DNA of 64,000 nucleotides, taken from Botryllus schlosseri. Its lineage: Eukaryota. The notes beneath the pieces are model-generated. The model did not search any database. It saw only the letters and a program-made list of their open reading frames with translations, and was not told the DNA's origin. Position 1 is the first letter of the stretch. Each line of letters opens with the position of its first letter. The stretch is from the NCBI GenBank assembly GCA_051294905.1, contig CM119372.1, forward strand, positions 11,224,001 to 11,288,000, written 5' to 3'. This document shows, in pieces, positions 13,201 through 26,460 of this stretch. The position numbers and the translations under genes are program-made.

Positions 13201-16200
13201 TTTTTCGATGTTGATCTCTTTGAAGCCGCGGCCCTTTCTACTAGTTCTTTTCCATTCATTGTGAGTGCTTTCTTTCGTCGGGTCTTTTCCTGGGCTTTGT
13301 CTTTGTCGCCGTAAGAACGGCATCGGCAGGGGAAGAGGAGCCCAGATAAACCTCCGACGGGAATCGAACGCAGTTCGCCTGCGTGCTGGGCGCTTATCGT
13401 AACCACTACACTATCTCCTCTCGTAATCGCGAATATAGTTCGACTCAATCTGATACATTAGGTATTCTTCCATTTTCACAAAAGGGCAACAATATTAAAA
13501 TCAAGAAATCGAGTGACAACATGTTGCGCCAAGCTTGAAGAAAATTTTTACCTTTGATAAATCTATCGCAAATTATTCTGCTTTAGTGTACGAAGATATA
13601 CCAATATGTGAATGGCTGATGGATCTGTCAATGCGTCGGAACTGATATTTTAGTTATCACATCTCAAGTGTTGCGGCCAGACTAATCAAATTTTTGGTTT
13701 GCCTTGCAAGTTCACAATCTGTGCAATCCACTTTTGATGATATTAGAAATTTCGGAAATTACCTCGCGGGCCACTCAAAACCTTCTCGCGGGCTACATGT
13801 GGCCCGCGGGCCACGGGTTGGCCGGCCCTGGTATAGAGTCATATGAGAATAAGATAAAGTGACCACAAAATTCTGCCTTCTACTCAATAGGCTACAGATA
13901 CTGCACGCTGCCGTTACGAGAAACGGCAAAGAACTGAACTGTTCGGTTATGATATACATACATCAGCAGCTGTTGATTTTTAATGCTTCGTTGTGGGAAT
14001 TGTAATGTTTTATTTGGCGAGTACAAAATTTCAAATCTTTGCTCGGTGCACGTACGTACTAGGGATGGTGTGAACCTCTGAAAGGTTCAGGTTCGTGTGA
14101 ACGCGAACCTTTTTGAAAGGTTCTGTGTGAACAGTGAACACGAACGTGAACCTTATGACGTCACGTGACGTCGTATTTCTAATTCCAACCCTACATTTTA
14201 GTGAAGTTATAGCCTATATTAATGTACACGATGCAACTATGCTTAAGTACAAATTGACGTTTTAAACGTCGGCAAATGTTTCAACTGGGGCAATCAAATG
14301 GTATAATAATCCCATAAAATCAATATCTTCCGTCGCTTTGCCAACAATTTCGACGAGGACTTGCAAGGAAATATAAGCTTACGCCTAACGGCCCAGGCCA
14401 GCCCGACAATGTATTCGGCGTCCAAGTATTGTGACGTTAATATTGAGCAGAGTGTAAAACGGGATTATATACCTGCTACCGATATTACCCAATTAACAAA
14501 TTATACAGCAGTAGCCAACACCCCAATCCCACGGATTTTGTTTTTATGATACAATAAACATATGAAGTCAAGATTGACCACGTACGCCTGCTAGATTTTT
14601 TACATTTGACAATAACGATATCAATTTCTTTGATTGGTCGAATAAGCATAATTCATTCTCTGGCTACATGTAGTGCATCTCGGTCTTGATGTTGTGTCAA
14701 TGCTGGTCAAGCTCACACCAGAGAGTCACTAAATATTCACAAACGGAATGCTGGTTATTTCGAGCAAAATTTTTGAGATTCTCAAGGTGCATGCTCGTTT
14801 AGTGTTGATTTTTTAATGCTGCCAGCGCCATGCATTGTGTGGCCAGCAGTTGAAATGCAATAAATTTCAACCAAAGCTGTTATAATGAAGTGAAAACTGA
14901 AATATGTGAAAAAAGGTTTACAGTTCAGAACGTGAACCTCTAAATTTCTGAGGTTCAACACACACAGAACGTGAACCTCACGTCCATACCATCCCTGGTA
15001 CGTTCTGCATAGGCCTGCTGCTCGCCAAACACCAACAGACAAATTGCGTTTAACTATAAGCATAACCTTTAACCAAACATCAATACATAAGTTACCATTT
15101 GCAACTAGGCAGAATGGTGATTGTTATCCTGCTGCGAGGTAGTGGCGTCTGGAGTGTCGCGATAACCTGATATATCGCACGGCAGGTGTTCTTACAATCA
15201 CACTACAATGTACGTCGAATATCTATTTACTTTTACATACAATGTGTGGATACTTCTTACGCAATCATGAGCGAAGCTAATACTTCTGACGTAATAATGA
15301 GCAGTGGTGTTTGTAAATCAGAGGTTTGTGCTTTCATTAACCTGGTATAATATCTTTTCCTTGTTCGCGAATGTTCAGTTTATGTCATAGTCCTTGTACA
15401 AATAAAAAGTAATCGCTATTTCACAAAGAAATCGATTAGATATGAGAAGTAGTCGATTACGATTACGATTACTTCGGATTTTTTTCGAATGTAATCGATT
15501 GCGATTACGATTACTTGAAAATGCTGTAATCGTCGTAATCGATTACGATTACTAATCGCGATTACCCCATGTCTGATCAGTAGGGATGGTGTGAACCTCT
15601 GAAAGGTTCAGGTTCGTGTGAACGCGAACCTTTTTGAAAGGTTCTGTGTGAACGCGAACGTGAACCTCATGACGTCACGTGACGTCATATTGCTAATTCC
15701 AACCCTACATTTCAGTGAAGTGATAGCGTATATTAATATACACGATACCTAGCGACGACTCGGGCCATATAATGCCACTTATGCTGAAGTACATATTGAC
15801 GTTTCAAACGTCGCCAAATGTATCAACTGGGGCAATCAAATGATATAATAATCCCATAAAATCAATATATTCCGTCGCTTTGCCAACAATTTCAACGAGG
15901 ACTTGCAAGGGAATAAAGTTTACACCTTAACGGGTCTAGGCCAGACCGGACAATGCATATTCGGCGCCTGAGTTTTGCCACTTTGATATTGAGCAGAGTG
16001 TAATCGGGTTTCTATACTTGCTACCGATGTTTCCCCATTAACGAGTTATACAGCAGTAGCTAACACCCCAATCTCACGGATTTGGTTATTATGGTACAAT
16101 AAACATATGAAATCAAGATTGTCCCCGTGCGCCTGCTTGATTTTTTACATCATACAAACGACAGCGATATCAATTTCATCGGTTGGCTGAATAAGCATCA

Positions 16201-18138
16201 TTCTCTGAATACCTATATGTAGCGCATTTCGCCCTCGATGTTGTGTTATTGCGGGTCAAGATCACAGCAGAGAGTCACTAAATATTCGAGCAAACTTTTG
16301 TAACAAAGCAAGTAATAATTTTGAGATTGTCAAGGCACATGCTCGTTTAGTGTTGATTTTTTATGCTGGCAGCGCCGTGCATATAGTGGCTCACAGTCTA
16401 AATGCATGAAATTTCAACCTAAGATGTTATAATGAAGTGAAAATTGTAATATATGGGAAAGGTTCACAGTGCAGAACCTACCAAGGTTCGTTTGTGAACA
16501 TGAACCTCTAAATTTGCGAGGTTCACACACAGAACGCGAACGTGAACCTCGCGTTCACACCATCCCTACTGATCAGTGCCTGATCATACCTAAATTTATA
16601 TTTTCGAAATCGGAGCGACAGTAGCTTTCGATCAAGACTAGATTCAGTAAATTCTGCGCTCTGGAAGATAACTTTTGGATTGCCAGAAATCGGTCGCATA
16701 CGCAAAACAATTCTCAAATACAGCCTCAGCGAAGCGGAACGAAGCTGCAAAATGGGTCGTTGCCATTCCAGCGACGCAGCACAATGACCATAACAATGGC
16801 CCTTGCGTGGTTGCAATTGTTCCAAACAATGCCGATTTTCAAACATTGAGGTGTATATCAAGGGGGCTCCATTGCCCTGAATAGACTTTAATGTATATTT
16901 TCGGAATCAGTGCGACATTAGCTTTCAAAAAAGATCAACTTTATTGAATTTAAGCGCGCGGGTCGTCAGCTATGGGATTAGCAATTATGTTGCGTTCAGA
17001 TTGCTGACCAGTAATTCCCTCCGGGCAAGCAAGGGTGACGGCGGGTGTTGCGTATCTATCCGTAGGTTAGTTATCTATAGTAAAACCATGTAGTATGAGT
17101 CTACGGACGATTTGCACCCCAAATAGTCAACGTATACGATGTGGAGTGGCAGGAATCCTCGAAATCGTCGTCGGTTCAACAGTTTTTGCACGTAGATATT
17201 TATTGATCATTGGGACTGAATGCGGAAGCCTATTTCGCCGAAGGGACCATATTCACCCAATATGTTAGATTGTCACTGCCAATCCCCTGTGACGTCACCA
17301 TCAAATATTCGTGACGTCATGGCTAAAAATAGAAATGAAAAAATAAAAACATGTTTTAAATAAGTAGGCCTACTTTGTTTTAAACATGTTTGTTTTAAAT
17401 TGATTTTTGTTTGAAATGCAACCCTACTTACCCCGGTGAAATACACAAAATTGGATTCCCACGAAGGTCGAGTTTTCTCATGCTCCGTATAGAATTGAAG
17501 CTGTTATCCGTGAGCACAAGGATTTTGTTGTATGAAAGATTCAGCTCCACAAAATTTGGAAAACTCCCTCGAAAGGCATCTGAATCGAGTAACCTCAGTC
17601 TGTTATACGATAGGTTGACGGACTGAAGTCGTTTCAAATCTCTGAATATGAATGATCACACGTAAATGAACGAATTAGTTCTGCAGGAACTAAATTGCAA
17701 CGATGGTTGTACTGGGATGAATGTTCGTAGATATATATTTCGGCGCCCGGTTGGACAATGCAGATATGCGACGTATAGTTGTGGCGGGCGCGCGAAGGCA
17801 TGCATGAATTTACCGTATACGTACTCGAACGTTCCGGCTTGTATATCCGAAATACGATTCTCCGAAAAGTCGATCAGCCGCAGCTGCTGCAGCGATGTAA
17901 AATTACTTGGCACGAGTGTGATTTCATTCGCGACCCACGTTCGCAACATGATCAGTCTCTGTGTGTCTTTCGGAACAACATTCTGGAGAATGATGTCTGC
18001 TGGTTGTAATAAACGACTGCAGCGAAACGTTTCCCAATCGCACTCGCAATTTGGATCCAGAACATAGTAGCAACAACTACAAGACCATGCTCCGTAAACC
18101 AGTTGCAGGAAAGTTCTCAATACAAATTGCTTATCCAT
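4226..18138 (-). CDS. LINGO-like extracellular leucine-rich repeat protein (signal peptide, LRRNT, multiple LRRs, start of LRRCT); 3' end unresolved
   Basis: Exons (- strand) 18138-17825, 17641-17432, 8223-8068, 7292-7094, 4605-4469, 4400-4226. All are GT-AG and phase-compatible, giving ~397 aa. The protein has CECDW...C (LRRNT), repeats such as LRLIDFSENRI, LQSVNLSYNRL, LRKLDLRGNPI and LLVLDLSYNPI, and NPWRCDCSLAWV...CASP (LRRCT). The segment GLDNLTNLTLKSCNLSSVPRTALRDLENLLVLDLSYNPI resembles vertebrate LINGO1 as I recall it; orthology was not tested. Confidence 0.85.
6409..6896. mobile_element. TTAA-flanked hairpin MITE with ~200-bp near-perfect TIRs (Kolobok-like)
   Basis: TTAA at 6405-6408 and 6897-6900. 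AGGGGCACTGCACTCTAAAAATGATG... is matched by its reverse complement at the other end, with a ~90-bp spacer. TTAA TSD plus purine termini fit Kolobok rather than piggyBac (CCC termini). Confidence 0.8.
8270..9931. mobile_element. Non-autonomous hAT-like element (CAGACTTGGACA TIR, AATTAG subterminal repeats) carrying a nested insertion
   Basis: 8-bp TSD cttcccat/cttcccgt; sister copy at 56571-58632. Confidence 0.8.
8662..9882. mobile_element. hAT MITE (CAGGGGTTCTCA TIR, GGGCCAC subterminal motifs) nested in 8270-9931
   Basis: Perfect 8-bp TSD ctctaatt (8654-8661 / 9883-9890). Confidence 0.85.
10250..10575. mobile_element. Second (inverted) copy of the 16-bp-array foldback element, one arm contracted
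   Basis: Same core and CCATTCTCGGTAATG array (10425-10565) as 1128-1536, reverse-complemented. Confidence 0.8.
10883..11263. mobile_element. hAT MITE (CAGTGGTTCCCAAC TIR) with TCGCCCCC internal repeats
   Basis: TIRs at both ends; degenerate TSD ctctagac/ctccagtc. Confidence 0.75.
12701..13830. mobile_element. hAT MITE (CAGGGCTGGCCAACC TIR) containing a SINE
   Basis: TIRs; flanks gtatagac(t)/gtatagag. A SINE-free sister copy lies at 28811-29506. Confidence 0.8.
13016..13418 (-). mobile_element. tRNA-derived SINE with (TTATG)n tail
   Basis: On the - strand: A box TAGTGTAGTGG, B box GTTCGATTCC, microsatellite tail; TSD tctcgtaa. The sister MITE has the empty site at ~29115-29130. Confidence 0.8.
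14060..14997. mobile_element. hAT-like MITE (TAGGGATGG TIR, GTGAAC subterminal repeats), copy 1
   Basis: TSD gtacgtac/gtacgttc; colinear with 15581-16568. Confidence 0.85.
15581..16568. mobile_element. hAT-like MITE (TAGGGATGG TIR), copy 2
   Basis: Perfect TSD ctgatcag (15573-15580 / 16569-16576); inserted exactly at the end of the 11439-15575 element. Confidence 0.88.
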
Positions 18139-21100
18139 ACCACCCAAATAACAAGAGTCACCAACAGACGCTCCTGAAAAGTGATCGCATTTTTTGTTTT
18201 TACTCGGAGCCGGCCTGAGAGGAATAGTTGAAAACGTGATTGACTATACGTAATAAAGTTGTGAAGCAGTAGAGCAGTAGAGAAGTACTCAGGTAGAAGT
18301 AGCGATATGAGCCAAGCCTGAATGCTTTAATCAGTTCTCATGTAATCATTTGGAAAAATTAAGCTTCAAAAGCTACTTTCTTAGTTCTAGATGGAACTGG
18401 CCTGGGCAACAAAACCACAATTGGCAATAAGTAGAGCACGTAAGGGAGAGAGTGAGAGAGGGTATATATTTTAATGTTACCATATTTGAAAATGCTCAAT
18501 CCTAGGAGAAAAGTACCTCCTTGCAACCTTAGAAATTACTGTTATATATTGCCGCAAACGATTTCGAACACAGTCGAACAGTGCAATTACAACACATCTT
18601 TACATCTTGACATCCCTGACACACGATTGTATGCGACGTGCGTCACTAGTTAGCTGTGGACAGATTTAGAACTGGCAGTTACTACATGAGCTGATAATGT
18701 TATTGTTCATGAAATCTATAAGAGTAGGAAATGTAACAACATATAGCCTACAAAAACGTGGAGTACGATATAATAATTGAAAATCTCAGACATTTAAGCA
18801 AATATCCCTGGCGCAGATTACATCAGAAACATCCTCGACCTATTGCTATAGCTTAGACATCGTGCAACTACCATTGTACCTCTGCCACTACGTATGATGC
18901 TATTTGTTATATCTCTAGGTGCGTCGTTCCCAAACTGTGATCCGCATGGTCATTCATCTCAGCCTCACACCACTGGGGTGAAAGGTGTCTCCCCCCCCCC
19001 GAATTTCCGATCTCGGCTTTTGAGGTCATGTGTTTTCAATACGTTACGATGAGGCCACCACGCTATGCCATTGTTGAACATATCGTCACCCCACCAATAT
19101 TTATCCGATCTTTCCAGGTTTACATCCTGGCTATGCCTATTTGTGGTGATATGATATGACATAAGATGGTGGGATCCTTCACTCTGATTCCCTTTCGAGG
19201 TGGCAAATACGAAATTTGGAAGAAGCAAATGTGCCTCTTTTGCCCTCGTCTGTTTATGCTGAACGCCAAGCAGACTAATTAAATGGAGTCCGGGTGAACA
19301 TTTCTGAAACGTCACAGAGATCTCTATATAAAAAACCGAAAATCATTCCATCGACATTCCACCGTCAGTATTTAGCAAAGCTATATGTTTCTTATGTTTT
19401 TGTTAGTTATAACATCTCATCTATTTCTGAAATGAGCTCCAGAATCGATTATTATAAATCGAGAATCAAATAATCGAGATAATGATTAATGATACATTTT
19501 GACACTGATGGTTCTCGATAAGTAAAGTAGGCGGAAATTGAATACAAAGCCCGGTGAAGATGATCAGAGTGGTCACTGGCCATGATAGGTTTAGAAACAT
19601 TGGATATATGACCTTAAAACAGTGGTATCATAAAATTTTCATCCTACACACTTTATCTGGCGTGCTAGTGCTGTAGTTCTACACATGCGTAAGTCTGAGC
19701 GTAACACGTTGTGGTTGAAAGTTTTAGCCGCTTTCGCTTTCTGATTCTATATTCTATCCGGTTTCACCCATACCTCATTTTGCATGTCACAGTTTTCGAC
19801 CATTACAAAATTATTCGGTAAAGTAATTATTACATAAAATAATCATATACAAAGTATTTAAAGTTACTCACACAATTTGAGTGATCATCAAAATTTTCTG
19901 TAACTCGCAGATACTGATTTCAGTTGGTAAAATCTCACGGATCCGTTTTCGAAATACCCTTAGAGGATGGTACAACTACATATAAAGCGTATAAACTTAC
20001 ATGTATACCAGATATTGCATACACGCGGTGTAATACACAGAATACTTTACACAACGTTTTGGGAATACAAGATGTGCGCAATATGTGCAAAGCACAAAAA
20101 TGATTGCTTTCTTCAGACGCTGGATATTCTCTCGTGTTAAGCGCTACCTTGACTCCATGAACACGCCCTTATTGGATGAATTTTACATGCAATGCTGTGC
20201 AGTTCAGTGACGATGTTGACGTCTTGTCACATCACCGAACATCTGTGGCAAATAAACCGCTATATATGTGATTGTGGACGGCATAATGCATAAGTGCTGT
20301 AAACACGCCTTGCACAGCTGCCATAATAATATCACCAGAAACATGTTTCTAATGACCGAGATCCGGGTGAATAAATAAACAATATGAAGTATCATTCACA
20401 AGTAATTCAAGTATTTTGATACACTACTCATACATATGTACACGATTCCACTGAAATACTCTTGCCCAAGACCTATAACCTAAATATTATTTATCCAGTA
20501 TTATCCAGCTGCCTGATGATTGAGAAAAGAAGGTCTGTTCCTTTATTGCATGCTCCACTGCCATGTCAATCTATTTTAATCGATAGTCCAAAACGCGTTA
20601 GCAGAAATTCTGCACTTTATGTATTCTAACGCTGCGCATATGTCCATATACGCACTGATTTGCGTTGACATAATCCTGAGATCGGATTAGATTGAACAGT
20701 TGTCTAATCTCTTGGTCATTCTTGAAAGCTCATCTTATCTACAATAAGCTACATGCATCCCCTTAAACGGGGCATAGGTCGGGACTCGGGATCGTTGGCG
20801 GAACTGCCGGGTGCTTAAGAAATAGTTATTGTTTGAAATGGTGGATCATTGCACATAAATTGCAAATTTCGAATTTCGATAACTCTTCAACCTTTTATGT
20901 ATCTATATCCTCATAAAAACCGGGATTATATTTGACATTAATACTTTATGTTAATCCGTGATGTGATTTTTGTGTCAGTATAGCAGTTTGTTAATATTTT
21001 CATCATTTCAAAGCACCACGAAACTGCGATACAGTGAAAAGATAGGAAGGTGTCGAAGGGACTTGCTGGAGTTGTTTTTGAAATCAGACACCCACATTGG

Positions 21101-23069
21101 CCTAGGTGAAGTAGAAGAGGCATGTACACTGAATGGAAAGTAAAGTAGGGATTATAAAAGGCAAGGGGGCGAGCTCGAAGTGGGCCCAAAATTATTTCGG
21201 TAATTATAACATAAATTATAGAGTAATTCGTTGAAAATTTATGCAACTTTAGTATTGCCAAATATCTTTATCATTGGGTACCCTTCCCAACAAAAATACG
21301 TATGATTTATGGAAATGCGCACCTGGGCGTCAGCCATTACCGCGCCAAAGAAGCACCAAGACATATGAAGTTATAGGCCATGTAACATGCGACTCCAAGA
21401 AGTGTGTCTGAACTATCAGCAGCGAGAGGACCTTGACCGAAAAGGACTGCCCTTGTGCTGACCGAAAACGTCGATATATATAGGCTACAATACCATGTAT
21501 ATTATACATGTCATATATGTTTAATTATCCATAGGCGCCTAAAGGGCTGGCGCCGACTGTTGCTGTCGTGGCGATCTTAACCCCACAAGACAAATGCCAT
21601 CCCGCAGGGAAAAATTATTTGCCAGTAAAGAAATACCAATTTGAAATCGTGTGCATAATTCAGTTTAGGCTACTACGTTTGGGCGATTTCAATATGTTTT
21701 GACATAGCAGATAGGAGGTCACGAAATAGCATCATGTAACGAAGTCATTCTTGCAACGGCTCCGCCCGAAAATGTTTAATTATTACCTTTGCCATCACAC
21801 CTCACTCAGCTCTACCGGTAAATCTGATTACGTGAACAGAGAGAGGATGAGAAATTGATAGCAATATTTATGCAATTCTCGATCATATTGACCGATTTAA
21901 TCATGATTTATAAAAAAAAATCGCGCTCGGCACGTTTATGCGATACCACCCTGCTCACTAACCCGAATGTAGCTGATGAGTATCGCGAAAAGCGGATAGC
22001 CTGAGGAAGGGGGGCGTCTGGGGGCGAAGCCCCCCCACAGGTCCAGCTAATCACCCTATGGGGGGCAAGACCAACGTTTTTTTTTGGGGGGGGGGACTGA
22101 CGAAGTTCTGTTACGGTCCTGGTTTTTCGTTGTCGTGCGTGTGCCGTACTTGTGCGCTTTTGACTCCTAGGTGAAGTCGTCATTGAAATTTTAGGGACAT
22201 TGACCGCAATGGAACTGATACATAAACTTGGCAATTTCCAGCTTTCCCATATCTTCTGTGTTTGGAACACCTAATCTGTTGAGCAGCGATTTATCAGTTG
22301 CACATCGTCACATCGCTCGTTTGCTCCTGACCTGCGGTCTCGCTTAGCCAAACTGCTTGTTGCGTCACAAAGCCAATCTCCATAACAATGGAAATTTTGA
22401 AGCTAATTGGCGAAGGGGGGGGGTATCCAGGGCCACGAGAGGAATAAAATTTATATTTTCTTAATCAGTACCGCGGTAGCTTTCGATTGATACCCGTTTT
22501 ATCAAATTGAATGTTCTGCAAGCCGGTCAAAAATTACCCTCAAATTACCTTTAGCCAAATAGAAAGTGTGACGTTGACCAATCGGACTGAGCCGTGAGAT
22601 TTTGTGTCCGCACCATATAGCACACTTTATGCTTATATACAACTGTTTGGCATTGGCTCTTAACTCTTCCGACGCCGCGTATCCCCATATGTTCGCTGAC
22701 GGTCTTCAAAACGCCGCGTATCCCATACGATCGCTAAATCGAGAGAGCGTATTTTTGTCTCGAAAATCTGACATGCCATTTTGCGTTCATGCCAGTCGGG
22801 ACATTGTGCTATAAGGTAGCGACGAAGTTAGATCGGTAGAAATTGGGGTCGGTCGAATTTAGCTCGGCGCCGAAAGATTTAATTCGTCCAAAGAGTCGTT
22901 TATCTGATTTGCTCCCCGCTCTATAGGAACCATTACGGACACTACTGTAATCTTAATATGATGTCGTCTCAATTGAGGTTGAAACTGTCATGGAGCCCTT
23001 TTCTTCAGATAGCCACCGTATTGTAGCTGTAGCTGAAATATTTAAATCTATAAATCATTAATCCAATCG

Positions 23070-23932
23070 AAGTTGCAATATGGCATCTTCTGCTGGGGGG
23101 CTGCCAGTAAAACTGCACTCAAGCCACTGCAAAAACTACAACATAGCGTACTCCGTATCATAGCTTGGGCCCCAAATGAGCCTGGTTGTCCATCCAACAA
23201 GTCGCTGCTGAAGAGATTCGGTGATGCGTCCGGCTTCTTGATCGGTAGGTCGTTGGTTCGATTCCCGGCCGGGTCAGACTAAAGACCTGAATAGTAACAC
23301 TGGTTTCCATGACTTCCCTGCTTGGCGCTCATGCATTAATGGGATAGCATGGAGGGGTGGTGCAAGACGTAGAAAGCCGTAAAAGGCTATATCTGTACCT
23401 TCCTTGTCCATCGGCATATGTACATCATGCACTCATGGTAGGCATACGCGCAGATTGTGTGTATCATGAGTCGGTGTATATGCCGCAAAAACATCAAGGA
23501 CAAAAATAAACTACGTCCTTTCCTTAAAAAAACATCAAGGACAAAAATAAACTACGTCCTTTCCTTAACATAGAAGACAAGTGGAAACTAGAAATCGCCA
23601 AGTTTATGTATCAGTTCCACAAGTGCCGCAGTCATTGATCCGAATATTCCAATGGCTTATTCTTCACCTCGGAATCAAAAGCGCACAAGTAGGCTACAAC
23701 ACACGCGCGTCCTCGTCGTCCAAATATCATATGATCGACCGAAAAGGTCACCGCTCCATCAAATATGCCGGACCTGATGTGTGGAACAGCATCCTGCCGG
23801 CCATCCGACAGTCGACGAGCATGTCCACAGTCAAGTCGAAATACAAGCAATTACTACTAAATAAATACATTCCATCCTCAAGATTACCGGACCACGACTG
23901 ACCTATTGATCTCGCCTTCCAGGACATGCCAC
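23070..23932 (+). mobile_element. 3' remnant of a CR1/L2-clade LINE ORF2, interrupted by a SINE
   Basis: Translates LQYGIFCWGAASKTALKPLQKLQHSVLRII...RSIKYAGPDVWNSILPAIRQSTSMSTVKSKYKQLLL, typical of the post-RT C-terminus of CR1/L2-group elements; frameshifted. Confidence 0.75.
23200..23566 (+). mobile_element. tRNA-derived SINE (core TTCCCTGCTTGGCGCTCA) with duplicated 3' tail
   Basis: B box GGTTCGATTCC; tail AAAAACATCAAGGACAAAAATAAACTACGTCCTTTCCTT present twice; flanked by aaca. Second copy at 38178-38511. Confidence 0.8.
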
Positions 23933-25511
23933 CAGAGGTGGTCAAAGTAGTCAAGAAAGCTACTCAAGTGGAAGTAGAAGTAGCGACGAAAAAATCTACT
24001 CAAGTACGAGTAGAAGTACTTCTTTCATGAGAAACCTAAAACTACTTGAAGTAGAAGTAAAATTGGCTGACTTTAAAAGTACACAAGTAAGTAAGTAGTT
24101 GTGAAAACGATCCTAATTCGTTCACATGGATTGTAAAAAGGTGCAAATTGAGCTATGCGAAAGGTGACGAGCTTGATTCATATTGAGGCATACCAGCAGG
24201 TATCCAATTTTCGATAGCATAAGCATTCGTCCACATCATGGGATGAAAATGATACTATTGAAATGGAAAAGCGATATTAATCCTCTGTTTACTCAAAGAG
24301 TACGTTTTAGAAAATATCTTGGTATTGCGCACTCTCCCATAGTAGTAGGCCTGTAGTTTAGTCGAAGAGCAATACGGACATGTTGTGTTGGATACGGTGT
24401 AAACACTTTGTGCGATTAGTAAACGTTAGTAAAAATATGGTGGACCGTAAAAATGCTATATTGTGTAGCTTTATTTCTGTAAATTGAAGGCATTACTACA
24501 CTTGCTTTTATACTTCAACATATGTACGTTTGTTTGTTTGTTTTGGGGTATTCATGGTGTTTGTCGACTACTATGGTCATTTACACCAAGCCGATATTCT
24601 TCTTATTTTCCGTAACTGCCGACTTATAGCACGGCCCACCTCTAGGCTTTTGTAAGACACCGCTGACGCGGATGAGATGGCGAGGAGGAGCCTAGGTAAA
24701 CCTCCAACACTTAGGTATCGAAATTAGGAAGTCGAACTCGGTCGGACTCGAACCCACACCCATTGGTGTTGCAGCCGCGGATTATACCACTGCGCTATCT
24801 CGCCACACATATGTACATTATCGAGACAAAGAGCTGGTGTTATAATTAGAAATCAAAATATATGGTACTGGGTATTGAAAGTGAAATGTAAATCTAAAAA
24901 TTGAACATGTATTTAAAGTCTTTAGTCCGGGAAGTTTCGAAGGTTGATATGCTAAAACAGCTCTAAAACTAAAAAAGAAGTCAGAGTCCACTTTTTCAGA
25001 TTAGGTCACGCCATGGACAGCTAGATTACGATATGATAAGTAAATGCTAGATTGCGAAACATCATTTTCAAACGTTATGATAAGCCATATATACTGTGAT
25101 GAAATATTTCATATGGCGAAGGGCGACAATGCGGTATGAACGGAACCACGCCAACCCGCTACCTAAATTATATTCGCACATAATTTCGTGAAATCATACT
25201 GGATACTCCGCATTCAGTGCGCGCGAAGCGTGACGAAAATTCTGGGCTTAACTCAACTTTTATGAAAATTAAATGTCGATACTCCGTGTAAACAGCCCCG
25301 AAATTTCTCAGGCTATCTTCCTGATTGGAGGATTAACCTACTTCTACTTGACAAACTGAAAATAGCTAAAAGTAAGTAAGTAGATCACAACATATATGAA
25401 GTAGAAGTAGAAGTAGTGAAATTCAGATCTACTTGACTAAGCACCAGAAGTAGAGGAAAACTACTTGATTACTTCGAAAAAGTAGAAGTACTTCGTTACT
25501 GACCCCCTCTG
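23933..25511. mobile_element. Non-autonomous hAT element (CAGAGGTGGTCA TIR, AAGTAG/CTACTT subterminal repeats)
   Basis: Perfect 8-bp TSD catgccac (23925-23932 / 25512-25519). Inverted sister copy at 60090-61319 and a related decayed copy at ~50787-51812. Confidence 0.88.
24528..24806 (-). mobile_element. tRNA-derived SINE with (AAAC)n tail
   Basis: On the - strand: A box TAGCGCAGTGG, B box GGTTCGAGTCC; 10-bp TSD acatatgtac. A 5'-truncated copy lies at ~46829-46957. Confidence 0.85.
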
Positions 25512-25519
25512 CATGCCAC

Positions 25520-26460
25520 CCTATTTATGTATCAGTTCCACTGCGGTCGCCGTCCGAATATTTCCATGACTTCTTTACCTCGGAATCAAATGCGCACAAG
25601 TACAACACACGCGCGTCCACGTCGTCCAAATATTATATGACCGACCGGAAAGATCATCGCTCCATCAAATATGCCGGACCTGATGTAGCGTATGGTACCG
25701 TCGCTAATCAACAGCGACGTGCAGTATATCAGTATTAGGGTCGGGATGTGTGTGTTGATATAGCTCAGTGGTCGGTACCGACCGTACGAAGGTTCACACT
25801 GTAACGCCGTCCGTTGAGCGCCGGCACCGTACTCCTACTTACCGTAAACTGCCGCGCTTCTTTCTTCCTTCAAGATATCGGCTGAAAACAATCTAAATTT
25901 CATTTTCTACATTGACCGTACTGAGAAAATGCGATAGTAAAAATATAGAAATGCGTGAAATTGCGGAAAGGAAGCGATGACGCGTGACTGCGATACCACA
26001 GATATATCGAGTGGAATCGTGCCGCACGTGAAAATATCATCGTCATTATCGGTTTATTAGCAATTTTTATCATTTCATCAATACAATTCAATACACGGAA
26101 CAGTATCCCGCCGGCCATCCGACAGTCGACGAGCATGTCCACATTCAAATCGAAATACAAGCAATTACTACGAAATAAATACATTCCATCCTCAAGATTA
26201 CCGGACCACGACTGACCTATCGATCTCGATCGCTTCCCGTGACATGCCGCCCTATTTCTTGTCACATTATTTTTCTAAACTATCTTCTTTACTTTCATTC
26301 AGTGTGCATGCCTCCTCTTTACATCGCCTAGGCTAAGGTGCGTGCCTGATTCCATAGACTACTCCAAGTCGCTTAGACATCTTCCTGTCTTTTCATTGTA
26401 TCGCATTTTTGTGGTGTATTGAAATGATAAAAATTGCTAATAAACCGATAATGATGATGA
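25520..26460 (+). mobile_element. Duplicated LINE 3' end (copy of ~23602-23932 plus 3' UTR and tail), interrupted by an inverted duplication
   Basis: 25526-25686 and 26096-26255 align to 23605-23932. The tail AATAAA...ATGATGATGAT is at ~26437-26461. Confidence 0.65.

Larger units (their letters stand above)
11439..15575. mobile_element. Non-autonomous hAT-like element (CAGACATGGGG TIR, (GATTAC)n subterminal arrays) with three nested insertions
   Basis: TSD atcagtgc at 11431-11438. The right-hand copy is split by insertion 15581-16568 and completed at 16572-16579. Confidence 0.8.

Noticed and set aside
18300..23000. Additional protein-coding gene in the intergenic region
   Set aside because: Only short ORFs and decayed repeat fragments. 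A possible non-coding 5' exon of the LRR gene (donor near 19870) is too weakly supported to list.
24735..24806. tRNA genes (also ~13350-13418, ~23215-23280, ~38440-38511)
   Set aside because: A and B boxes are present, but there is no convincing cloverleaf. Each continues into a SINE body and tail, with TSDs in most cases.
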